Below the pieces are notes generated by a model, which saw nothing but the letters and a program-made list of their open reading frames with translations, was not told the origin of the DNA and searched no databases. The position numbers and the translations under genes are program-made. A stretch of DNA of 64,000 nt from a virus: positions 10,407 through 74,406 of IMG/VR virus record IMGVR_UViG_3300034782_000041; one strand, 5' to 3'. Every line of letters begins with the position of its first letter. Position 1 is the first letter of the stretch. Of this stretch, positions 39,672 to 48,234 are shown one piece after another.

Positions 39672-41057
39672 ATGGCAAGACAGGGCGGGATGACGCCTAC
39701 AACGGCACCTGACACCCAAAACTATGGTATTGACGGGATCGCGGACGCGATCAAGACGACGCAGGACGACGTTTACTGCGTTGTCTGCGGTACTCGTTGC
39801 ATCGCGACCGGTGCTGAAGGCATCTTCGAGCACGACGCCGACGCACCCTGCATTGCTATCCTAGTAGATGCAGCGGGAGAAAGCCTCGATCGTCAGTACT
39901 TCATTGCCGATGATGGTTTCATCTATGAGGTCACGCAACCGGTCGTTGATGCAGCACCGGTACCTCCCGAGGACGTTATCGCGGACGCGACTGACTCACC
40001 TGACGTTGCGTCTGAGATCGCAGACGGGATTTCAGACGTAGACGAAGACGAAGACTACGAAGACGAACTACCGGTGCTTCCTTCGGCGCCACCGCCGCCC
40101 AAACCCAGGAAGCGGCGGACAAAGAAAGCCGACATAGTGCCGTCGATATTGCCGGCAGGTGCGGCTACCGCGGAAGATGGCACGTTGCTCTTGCCTACCG
40201 AACGTGATCTCACCATCACGCCGCTGGACAAAGGCCTACATCAGGTTTTCAAGGCGTACGAGGTGCCGCGGTTGGGTGGCGCGTCGGGCGACCTGGGTTG
40301 GTCAAGCTTCTCGACGTACCAGCGCTGCCCCTACCTCTTCAAGCGGCTATACATCGACGGCTTGCGGTACGTAGAGGAACGTCCACCAAACTATATCGAG
40401 ATCGGTTCAGCGGTTCATGCCTTCCTCGCGGTGTACTACCAGCAATTCATTGATCCAGCCTACCCGCTCACGCCTGAGATTCTGAACAAGGCGTTGCTCG
40501 ACGCGGGTTGTGATGCCGCAGTTCTGATGGAAGCGTGGCGCCTTTGGGCAGGCTACGCGCTCTTCTACGAGCAAGACTTCATCACACCGCTTGCAGTCGA
40601 GTACCACGTGGTGGACTCAGAGACAAAAGAGTCAGCTCGCTACGACCTGATTGCCAAAGTTGAAAAGGCGGACTCGCGTTTTCCTGCTGGAACGTATGTG
40701 GTCGAACACAAGACGACTGGCAGGTTCGATACTGCCACACTCGATGGTTGGCAGAACGACGGCGAGGTCATTGGCCAGATCATGCTTTGGCAGCGTCTCA
40801 AGCTGACCCGCAAATTCGGCAAGCTGACCGGCGTGATGATGAACATCATTGGTAAGCAGCGCCAACAACAATTCCACCGTACGCTTGTCGTTCCGCAGCG
40901 CTGGCAAATAAAGCAGCACGCGAACGACTTGCGGATGTGGCAAGGGATGCGGCTCTTCATGATGGCCGGCGGTATCTTCCCCCGAGCGCGTGCTAATTGC
41001 GTCAGCCGCTACGGCATGTGCAGCCAGTGGGATCACTGCGCGCATCGGGAGGGCTAG
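39672..41057 (+). CDS. PD-(D/E)XK nuclease of the Cas4/RecB family with Fe-S cysteine cluster
   Basis: N-terminal Cys (STYQRCPYLF), YVVEHKT (E-x-K), C-terminal CVSRYGMCSQWDHC (C-x6-C-x5-C); acidic D/E-rich N-terminal extension. Confidence 0.55.
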   Translation: MARQGGMTPTTAPDTQNYGIDGIADAIKTTQDDVYCVVCGTRCIATGAEGIFEHDADAPCIAILVDAAGESLDRQYFIADDGFIYEVTQPVVDAAPVPPEDVIADATDSPDVASEIADGISDVDEDEDYEDELPVLPSAPPPPKPRKRRTKKADIVPSILPAGAATAEDGTLLLPTERDLTITPLDKGLHQVFKAYEVPRLGGASGDLGWSSFSTYQRCPYLFKRLYIDGLRYVEERPPNYIEIGSAVHAFLAVYYQQFIDPAYPLTPEILNKALLDAGCDAAVLMEAWRLWAGYALFYEQDFITPLAVEYHVVDSETKESARYDLIAKVEKADSRFPAGTYVVEHKTTGRFDTATLDGWQNDGEVIGQIMLWQRLKLTRKFGKLTGVMMNIIGKQRQQQFHRTLVVPQRWQIKQHANDLRMWQGMRLFMMAGGIFPRARANCVSRYGMCSQWDHCAHREG

Positions 41058-41382
41058 CGTGCCGTTCGGCGGACACACCTACGATCCCGCGCTCGATCAA
41101 ATTCGTTTGACGGGACAACTCGGCCGTGTGTTGGCTCTCATGCGCGACGGCCAATGGCGTACGTTGAACGAGATCTATCGTGTCGTAGGTGGTAGTGAAG
41201 CAGCTATCAGCGCGCGACTACGAGATTTTCGTAAACCCAAATTTGGCGGCCATCAGGTAGACGCTCGGCGCCGTACCCAAGGACTGTGGGAATACCGTCT
41301 CGTACTAGCCGACGCAGACATCGCGCGGTTGGATCAACGTATCGCTGTGGGGGGCGAGACATGGGCACTACCAAGCAGCTGA
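40990..41382 (+). CDS. hypothetical protein, possible winged helix
   Basis: 130 aa; RTLNEIYRVVGGSEAAISARLRDFRK. Confidence 0.35.
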   Translation: MLIASAATACAASGITARIGRASVPFGGHTYDPALDQIRLTGQLGRVLALMRDGQWRTLNEIYRVVGGSEAAISARLRDFRKPKFGGHQVDARRRTQGLWEYRLVLADADIARLDQRIAVGGETWALPSS

Positions 41383-41618
41383 TTGCACTGTCAATCGACG
41401 AAGTCGAAGAGGGTGTGGAGATTTGCCGGGACGAAGCCTGCCCCATTATAGAGATACACGCTGCGCACCCAATCATACCGTCTATGCGAGGACGTGCACC
41501 AAAAACCTGCCCGCAGTGTTTTGCATCGATACCGGTAGGTCAAGGCGCACGGTGTCTAGCTTGCGGCTGGGATCGACGCAACTCCTTCATACGCACACCC
41601 ACGAAGAAAGGGAAATAA
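41361..41618 (+). CDS. small zinc-binding protein, paralog of 43162-43728 N-terminal domain
   Basis: EEGVEICRDEACPIIEIHAAHPI plus CPQCF..CLACG; start trimmed to MGTTKQL. Confidence 0.4.
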   Translation: MGTTKQLIALSIDEVEEGVEICRDEACPIIEIHAAHPIIPSMRGRAPKTCPQCFASIPVGQGARCLACGWDRRNSFIRTPTKKGK

Positions 41619-41622
41619 CCGA

Positions 41623-42456
41623 ATGCGTAAGATCGATTTGGACGATCCGATCCAGGCGCAACGTATCACGTGTCTGTCTTACGGTGCGATGCGCTCCGGG
41701 AAAACGCGCTGGGCGGCAAGTTGGCCCAGACCGTTGTTCCTATCCGAGGCTAGTGAAGGTGGCTGGACGACGGTCATCAATATGGACCCCGGAGCGCTTT
41801 GGGAACCAGAGCGCCGTCCACGCGTTTGGGCCATCGAGCGGATCGCCGACATGATGGAAGCGATCGGCGATGCAGATTCGTTGATTCGTGCTGGTGAGGT
41901 TCAAACACTCGTCGTCGATTCACTGACCTTCTACAACGATTTGCTTCTCGACACGCTCACGCGAGCAATGTCGAAAAACGGCAGCATGCCTGACATGCGG
42001 CGAGTGTACGGTTCACTCGGTGCCAACTTACGCTCGCTGCGAGTGCAGATTCACAACTTGCCAGTGAACGTGTTGTGGGTCTGCCTAGAGAAGACACCCG
42101 ACAGCGACAACCCCATCGGCACACCCATGATCAGCGGTCAGCAGGCGATGAAGTTCGCTGCGGGCACTGACTACATTCTCTATCATCGGGCTTACACGTT
42201 ACAGGACGGCTCACTACAGTTCGAGATCCGTACGAAGCGTTGGCAACAGTACGCCGCAGGTGGTCGTGACGAAGGTGCGTTGCCTGACCCGCTAGGGTAC
42301 TGGACTACCACTGAAGAGGATCCCGACAACGAAATCTTCGTGCCGGACTGTACCTATCGAACCTTCGCCGAGGCGTTGAACCTCACTCCAATGCCCATGC
42401 AAGCCCCTACAGGCCAACCGGTCGGCGCTAGTGCCGCCGTGACGCAACAGCAGTAA
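41623..42456 (+). CDS. RecA-like ATPase of the AAA_24/Sak4 type
   Basis: Walker A SYGAMRSGKTRWA near N-terminus, ~277 aa, immediately upstream of a DUF669-like gene (conserved Sak4-DUF669 pairing). Confidence 0.45.
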   Translation: MRKIDLDDPIQAQRITCLSYGAMRSGKTRWAASWPRPLFLSEASEGGWTTVINMDPGALWEPERRPRVWAIERIADMMEAIGDADSLIRAGEVQTLVVDSLTFYNDLLLDTLTRAMSKNGSMPDMRRVYGSLGANLRSLRVQIHNLPVNVLWVCLEKTPDSDNPIGTPMISGQQAMKFAAGTDYILYHRAYTLQDGSLQFEIRTKRWQQYAAGGRDEGALPDPLGYWTTTEEDPDNEIFVPDCTYRTFAEALNLTPMPMQAPTGQPVGASAAVTQQQ

Positions 42457-42483
42457 CAACCAATCAGTCCATAGGAGAACCAT

Positions 42484-43071
42484 ATGCCGCAACAGAACGA
42501 CAACAGCAACGACTCAAGCTACGTCGAGTACATCGACATGGGTCTCGGCGATCCCAACCTGGAGGGGTGGGACGGCCGGAGCAGCCGAATCGATCCAGGC
42601 TTCTATGACCTGGAGGTTACCGAGGCTGCGATGGGCGTGAGCGGGAAGGGAAACCCTACCCTACGCTTGACCTACCGGGTGATCTCGGAAGGTCCGATGC
42701 AGGGCCGCACCACGCGACAGAGCTACGCGATTCTGCCCGACAACGATGGAGCGCGTCGCCGCATGAAGAACCTGATCGACGCCCTCGGGGTGGAGACCGA
42801 CGAGAACCACCGGTTCGCGCCCGCGAGCATGGTCGGTACGCAGATGCGCGCCGAGGCCATCATCGAGCCCTACACGGACTTCGACTCGCGCACCGGACAG
42901 AACGTGACCAAGGAGGCTGTCAGGATCGTGGGCGAGGAGCCCCTCATGGTCGAGGAGGCACCAGCGCCACAGCAGCGTCAGGCGCCCGTACAGCAGCGTC
43001 AGGCGCCGCAGGGACGCCCTGTGGCGCAGCGTCGGCCAGGCAACAACCAGGGCCCACAGGTCCGTCGGTAG
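42484..43071 (+). CDS. DUF669-like single-strand DNA binding protein (T7 gp2.5-like)
   Basis: 195 aa, genomic pairing with Sak4-like ATPase, Q/P/R-rich acidic-free tail (QRQAPVQQRQAPQGRP). Confidence 0.4.
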   Translation: MPQQNDNSNDSSYVEYIDMGLGDPNLEGWDGRSSRIDPGFYDLEVTEAAMGVSGKGNPTLRLTYRVISEGPMQGRTTRQSYAILPDNDGARRRMKNLIDALGVETDENHRFAPASMVGTQMRAEAIIEPYTDFDSRTGQNVTKEAVRIVGEEPLMVEEAPAPQQRQAPVQQRQAPQGRPVAQRRPGNNQGPQVRR

Positions 43072-43161
43072 CTGTTTCGCGTCCTGACGGGAGGCACGTA
43101 GTGACGTAGTGCCTCTCGTCAGGACTGAACTCTGGGCAGTTGATGAATACAGGACGAAGAG

Positions 43162-43728
43162 ATGAAACGGTCGAAGTCATGCTCGCGAAAGAAGCGAGCG
43201 CGTTCAAAGTCACGCTCACAGGAGCGCTATGACAATGTGATCGCAGCGCGCGCCCAGCGTGCGGCGGTTGTTGAACTCGACGAATTTTACGGAGGTGTTC
43301 GGATCTGTCGCGACGATCGTTGTCCGCGGGTTGACATTCATGCAGCACACCCTATCGATTTTCAGGGTGCCGAGGACCCGCTCTACGACGCGGCGTACCC
43401 GCATTGCCGTGAACGTCACGGGGAGACGTTGTGCGAGGTCATCTACGACCACATTCCCGTACGTTACTGCAAGCCATTCCAGGACCTGTACAGCGATGTC
43501 CTCGAAGACTACGGTCAGGTGAATGCGCGAGCAGTTTACCGCGCACTCAAGACACTTCTCCTCCGCGAACAGATCATCAGCGTCACGTTGCCGCCTACCA
43601 AGGAACGTAAAACCAAACGGCCGCCAGGTGGATACGTCCGAAGCAACAGTCCGTTGCTAGCGGACGCTGACGGCCGCGATTTCCTGATCGATACATTGGC
43701 GGAGACACGCCCGACGAGCTGGGCATGA
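43162..43728 (+). CDS. hypothetical zinc-binding protein, paralog of 41361-41618
   Basis: FYGGVRICRDDRCPRVDIHAAHPI shared motif. Confidence 0.4.
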   Translation: MKRSKSCSRKKRARSKSRSQERYDNVIAARAQRAAVVELDEFYGGVRICRDDRCPRVDIHAAHPIDFQGAEDPLYDAAYPHCRERHGETLCEVIYDHIPVRYCKPFQDLYSDVLEDYGQVNARAVYRALKTLLLREQIISVTLPPTKERKTKRPPGGYVRSNSPLLADADGRDFLIDTLAETRPTSWA

Positions 43729-43731
43729 TCA

Positions 43732-46700
43732 ATGCGGTTACGTCCGCAAGGACAGAGTCCTGTTCTACGTGCAGGACCTGCACCGATGATTCGTGGGCGC
43801 ATCGAGGGCGCGCTGTGTGAAGATTGTCCACTAGCCAGAAATAGACAACCTAACCAACCTGTTGTTGGGGAGGGGTCAGCGACGCCGGAATGGATTGTCA
43901 TTGGTGAAGGTCCGGGTCAGCACGAAGCTGCTTTAGGCCGTCCGTTCGTTGGCGCTAGCGGGCAGTTGGTCAACAAAGCACTCACAGCCGTTGGGCAAGA
44001 TCGGCGCCGCTTGTGGGTGTCTAACGTTACGTTGTGCCGACCGCCACCAGAGGCTGACGACAACTTGAAAGAAAAGGCCCGCAAGTGCTGCGAGCCACGT
44101 TTTACCGCAGAGATGGTTGAGCGCCCAGGCCTTCCTGTGCTCGCCCTCGGTGCTGTGGCAACTCGCGCATTCCTCGGGCGCAACACTTCGATCCAGGCGT
44201 TGGCGGGCTCCTATCATCAGGTCAACGCGGACGGTTCAGGCTACCGCGCAGTCATCCCAACGATTCACCCTGCGGCAATCCTCCGCGGGGGCGCCGGAAT
44301 TGGCGGCGCGCACTCGCCAGACATTGCTTTCTGGAATCTGATGTACGACGCAGCGAAGGTGAAGGCCATCGCTGCCGGACGCGATATCGTCTTCCGCGAG
44401 GAGGACATCGTCGTCGAGTACGCTGACGCCAGACGCGCCGAGATGCTTATGCGTCGGATGGTGCAAGATGCTCGCAGAGAGCGCATGGTAGCCTGCGACA
44501 CCGAGACCTACGTAGACAACGAGCAACAGCATTCTGCACTACAGCCCATCAACGCAAAGTTGACCGCCATCGGCTTCGCTACCCCAAAGTGGGGCCTTTC
44601 GATAGCATGGAACATCGTCACACCGATGGCCAAGCGCCTCATGGCTGCGCTTATGGCCGATCCGCTTGTTCGTGTCGTGTTCCACAACTCGATATATGAC
44701 CGTGGTGTTTTGAAACGGCATGGAATGCCCGTACACGGTCCAGTCGATGACACGTTGCTCAAACACCACGCAGCCTTTCCTGGCCTTTCGCACAACCTGC
44801 AACGCGCGGCTACGCAGTACTTCGCGATCACGCCGTGGAAATCGGAGTTCCGTGAAGGCAAAGACACGGTTGAGAACCTCGTAATCTATAACGCCAAGGA
44901 CACACTAGTTACCGCACGCCTCGACGAGCCCCTCGATATCGCCATCGCGCGCACACAGTCTGCGAAGTGCTACGAGATTGATCTTCTGTGCGCAGAAGCC
45001 GCGGAATGGATGTACGACGCGGGCATCCCGGTTTCACAGGAGGTGAATCAACAGCTCTACGATCAGTTCTGGCAGAACATGCAGCGGGCGCGTGCAGAAA
45101 TCGAAGAGAAGGCTAACAACCCTGAGATCCGCGACAAGCTGCTTGATCGCATCGCGGCAGAGCAAGCCAAGCGTGTTCGCAAAGGGACTGCGGCCAAACA
45201 GGACCCCGAACGCTACGAGGCCCGACAACAGGTTCGCTTGGACGAAATTCGGATCGCCGCAGACAGAGGCGCTTGGAAGTGGCAAATCAATTCGTCGGCG
45301 CATCTTGCTGGTTGGTTGAAGGTCCACGGGCTTGATGTGCCCCTGACCAAAAAGGGTGCGGCCAGCATCACGAAGGCGTGGCTCAAAGATCACGCGGACA
45401 AGCACCCAGCCATCCAAGCACTCTACGCGTGGCGTAGCGACAAGGAAAACGAAGCGCTCCGTAAGATCGTTGAGGACGACGCTGCCCGGCCTGAGATCCA
45501 GGAAGAGCTATGGGTTGGCATTGCAGCCGAGCAAGCGAAGTTCGCACGTAACCCAAAAGGTAAAGAGCCAGATCCGGAAGACTATCGGGAGCGACAAAAG
45601 GTACGCCTGCAAGAGCTGCTCGATTCCATCGATAAAGCTACGTGGGAGTGGAACGTTGGCTCCTCGGATCACATCGTTGGTTATCTAAAGGCTCGTGGAG
45701 TGCCGCTCTACTTCCTGACCGAGAAGGGTTCGACGTCCACGAAGAAAGAGATCCTGGAAAGCTTCGCGCACATCCCCGAAGTACGTAGCCTGTTGGACTA
45801 CCGCGAGAATCAGAAACTGTTCTCTACCTTCGTCTACGCGCTCTTTGATCGATATGACGAACAGGGCAACATCGTCAAGTACGGCTATGCAGACGCGAAC
45901 AGTCGCGTGCATCCGCGGTGGAATGTCCATCGGATCACAGGCCGATGGAGTGCTGAAGATCCAGTCTGCCAGAACGTGCCGAAAGCTGACGCGAAGAAGG
46001 GGCGCCCAAATCTCCGCAAACAGTTTGAAGCACGCCTTGGACGGATCCTTGTTGGCTTCGACTTCGCGCAGCTAGAAGCACGAATCATCGCACTTCTTTC
46101 CGGCGATCCATTCCTGTGCGCGATCTTCAACGACGGGAAGGATATCCACAGCGAGTTCGCACGCATCGTTTGGCCCAACTTCGACGAGTTACCTTATGAG
46201 CGCCGCAAGGTTCTCCGCGATACGGTCAAGCGGCCCGAGTATGGGGCATTCTACGGAGGGTCGATCGACACGCTCTGGAAGAACGTGGTCAAGGACTACC
46301 CGGACGTAAAGCAGGCTGACATCGCGCGGATGGTCGCGTTGATGACCGCGCGGATGCCCGGCGTTACGGCGTGGCATCAGAAGCTTCTGCGAGACGTTGC
46401 CCAGCCACCGCACGAGCTGCGGTCGGCAATCTACGGTCGGCGACGGTGTTTCCCTCTGGGCAACGCTGACATGAACGACGTGTACAACTTCCCGGTTCAG
46501 TCGACTGGAGCTGACATCATGGCCACTGGGCTCCTCCGTTTGATGCCAAAGCTACGCAACGAATACTCTAACGCTGACCCGATCATCCAGATCCACGACG
46601 CCATCGTTTTCGAGTGCGACGAGGCTGACGGCGACCGCTTGATGACTGACGTCAAAGACTGCTTCGAGCAGACTCACACACATAACGGCGTCACGATTCA

Positions 46701-46746
46701 CTTCTCGGTAGACCCTGCGAAAGGCCGGAGCTGGGCAGATGTCTAA
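43732..46746 (+). CDS. family A DNA polymerase with N-terminal family-4 uracil-DNA glycosylase-like domain
   Basis: UDG4 motif GEGPGQHEAALGRPFVGASGQLVNKAL; 3-5 exo motif VACDTETYVD; pol motif A DFAQLEARIIA, motif B RRKVLRDTVKRPEYGAFYG, motif C IQIHDAIVFECDE. Confidence 0.8.
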   Translation: MRLRPQGQSPVLRAGPAPMIRGRIEGALCEDCPLARNRQPNQPVVGEGSATPEWIVIGEGPGQHEAALGRPFVGASGQLVNKALTAVGQDRRRLWVSNVTLCRPPPEADDNLKEKARKCCEPRFTAEMVERPGLPVLALGAVATRAFLGRNTSIQALAGSYHQVNADGSGYRAVIPTIHPAAILRGGAGIGGAHSPDIAFWNLMYDAAKVKAIAAGRDIVFREEDIVVEYADARRAEMLMRRMVQDARRERMVACDTETYVDNEQQHSALQPINAKLTAIGFATPKWGLSIAWNIVTPMAKRLMAALMADPLVRVVFHNSIYDRGVLKRHGMPVHGPVDDTLLKHHAAFPGLSHNLQRAATQYFAITPWKSEFREGKDTVENLVIYNAKDTLVTARLDEPLDIAIARTQSAKCYEIDLLCAEAAEWMYDAGIPVSQEVNQQLYDQFWQNMQRARAEIEEKANNPEIRDKLLDRIAAEQAKRVRKGTAAKQDPERYEARQQVRLDEIRIAADRGAWKWQINSSAHLAGWLKVHGLDVPLTKKGAASITKAWLKDHADKHPAIQALYAWRSDKENEALRKIVEDDAARPEIQEELWVGIAAEQAKFARNPKGKEPDPEDYRERQKVRLQELLDSIDKATWEWNVGSSDHIVGYLKARGVPLYFLTEKGSTSTKKEILESFAHIPEVRSLLDYRENQKLFSTFVYALFDRYDEQGNIVKYGYADANSRVHPRWNVHRITGRWSAEDPVCQNVPKADAKKGRPNLRKQFEARLGRILVGFDFAQLEARIIALLSGDPFLCAIFNDGKDIHSEFARIVWPNFDELPYERRKVLRDTVKRPEYGAFYGGSIDTLWKNVVKDYPDVKQADIARMVALMTARMPGVTAWHQKLLRDVAQPPHELRSAIYGRRRCFPLGNADMNDVYNFPVQSTGADIMATGLLRLMPKLRNEYSNADPIIQIHDAIVFECDEADGDRLMTDVKDCFEQTHTHNGVTIHFSVDPAKGRSWADV

Positions 46747-47092
46747 ACCTGCGCAAATGACTTTCTGTACCGCAGCTTCGGGCTACTTCGCGATCTATGA
46801 GGACCACGACGCCACGCAGCCACGATTGCGGAACGTGGTCGGCTGGGTGACGTGTGTCGGGGAAGTCAAGGCTTACGTGTTGGACTCCTACACTGCGACG
46901 CTTGTCGCTGCGGATTCGTTGCCCGACTTCGTCAGCCTCATCGGACCAAATCCGCAGTCTGATCACAAGGCTGGCGCTACCCGTATCGTAGCGGAAGCTG
47001 AAGTGCATCGAAACGCTGAGCTAGTCAGGGAGGCTCGTTTGCGGCGTCGAGCAGGGTGGTCACACCCACGTGCTAAAAGAACGTTACCATGA
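46739..47092 (+). CDS. hypothetical protein
   Basis: 117-aa ORF. Confidence 0.35.
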   Translation: MSKPAQMTFCTAASGYFAIYEDHDATQPRLRNVVGWVTCVGEVKAYVLDSYTATLVAADSLPDFVSLIGPNPQSDHKAGATRIVAEAEVHRNAELVREARLRRRAGWSHPRAKRTLP

Positions 47093-47712
47093 CTGCTACT
47101 CCCTACATCGTCTTCGAGGGCATCAATGGCTGCGGCAAGACCACGATCTCAACAGCGGTCGTAGCTGCAATCAGAAACCGCGGCGGCGCAGTCGCGCATC
47201 TACGACAGCCTGGTAGCGTCTCCCAAGCTGGTCAACTCATCCACGAGGTGTTCTCCGGTCGTGTTGTCTTCGAGCCGAAGGCGATGCTGTGGCTCTTCGC
47301 AGCCGAGCTGGCCGATCTTGAACCTCGCGTAGAAGCGATGCGCGCAAAGGGTGTCATGGTTGTCTCCGACCGTCATACGATGTTCTCGTCGTTCGTCTAC
47401 CAAGAGCCGATCCATGGCTACGACGTTGTAGACACAACCATGCGAGCGATTGAGCCAGCGCCGCCAACACATACGTATCTGATCGACGTCTCCGCTGAGG
47501 TTGCACTGGAACGTCAGGCGAAGCGTACCAAGAACCGCAATACGTTCTACGAGCCGACGGAAGTCGAGAAAATAGATCAGCTTGCGGCTCGCTACCGCAA
47601 GCTTCCTGACTGGGTGAGTTTTTGGGCTCGCAGCATCAAAGTCCTCGACGGATTGCAGCCCGTCGAGGAGAATGTCGCGCGAGTGCTTGCTGATCTACGA
47701 TTGGGGGAATGA
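47089..47712 (+). CDS. tmk: thymidylate (dTMP) kinase
   Basis: P-loop IVFEGINGCGKTT at N-terminus, ~200 aa, typical Tmk length. Confidence 0.6.
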   Translation: MTATPYIVFEGINGCGKTTISTAVVAAIRNRGGAVAHLRQPGSVSQAGQLIHEVFSGRVVFEPKAMLWLFAAELADLEPRVEAMRAKGVMVVSDRHTMFSSFVYQEPIHGYDVVDTTMRAIEPAPPTHTYLIDVSAEVALERQAKRTKNRNTFYEPTEVEKIDQLAARYRKLPDWVSFWARSIKVLDGLQPVEENVARVLADLRLGE

Positions 47713-48233
47713 TGTCGGACATCTTCATAGATCTTGATCGCACCGGCGCTTGGTTCGTCTTCTACACGCCGTACAATCCCGTCTTCATCTCCGAGCTGAA
47801 AGCGCGCATTCCACCACCGAACCGTCGTTGGGTCTCGGAGGAGCGTGCCTGGTGTGTATCACGTACCTACTGGGATACAGCGCAGGAGCTGCTGCGCAAA
47901 CACTACCCAAACGGGCAGTTCCAGCTAGGAGAAATGGCACAGGCTGCGGACATCTTGGTGGAGCCTGACGCTGGAGATGTAGTGGTGAGCGCACAAGATT
48001 ATGCCGTCCTCGGGTTGCGTCCCGACGCACCTGACTGCGTCGTGCACGCTGCCTACCTGGCGCTCGCTGCGAGCTGGCAAAGCGTTGATGCTCCAACGCT
48101 TATCCATGCCGGGTTTCACTCCCTTGACAACACCAACAGTGCGTATCTCCGTATTTGCGCTTCGCGACACATACCGAGAGAGCCGCCGCCTGACATGGCA
48201 GCATTGCTCACCCTACGCGCGGAACGGCAATGA
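47709..48233 (+). CDS. hypothetical protein
   Basis: 174-aa ORF. Confidence 0.4.
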   Translation: MMSDIFIDLDRTGAWFVFYTPYNPVFISELKARIPPPNRRWVSEERAWCVSRTYWDTAQELLRKHYPNGQFQLGEMAQAADILVEPDAGDVVVSAQDYAVLGLRPDAPDCVVHAAYLALAASWQSVDAPTLIHAGFHSLDNTNSAYLRICASRHIPREPPPDMAALLTLRAERQ

Positions 48234-48234
48234 C

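Noticed and set aside
47709-48233. J-domain (DnaJ-like) call for the 174-aa ORF because of DYAVLGLRPDAPDCVVHAAYLALAASW
   Set aside because: The diagnostic HPD tripeptide is absent; similarity is limited to the helix II pattern.
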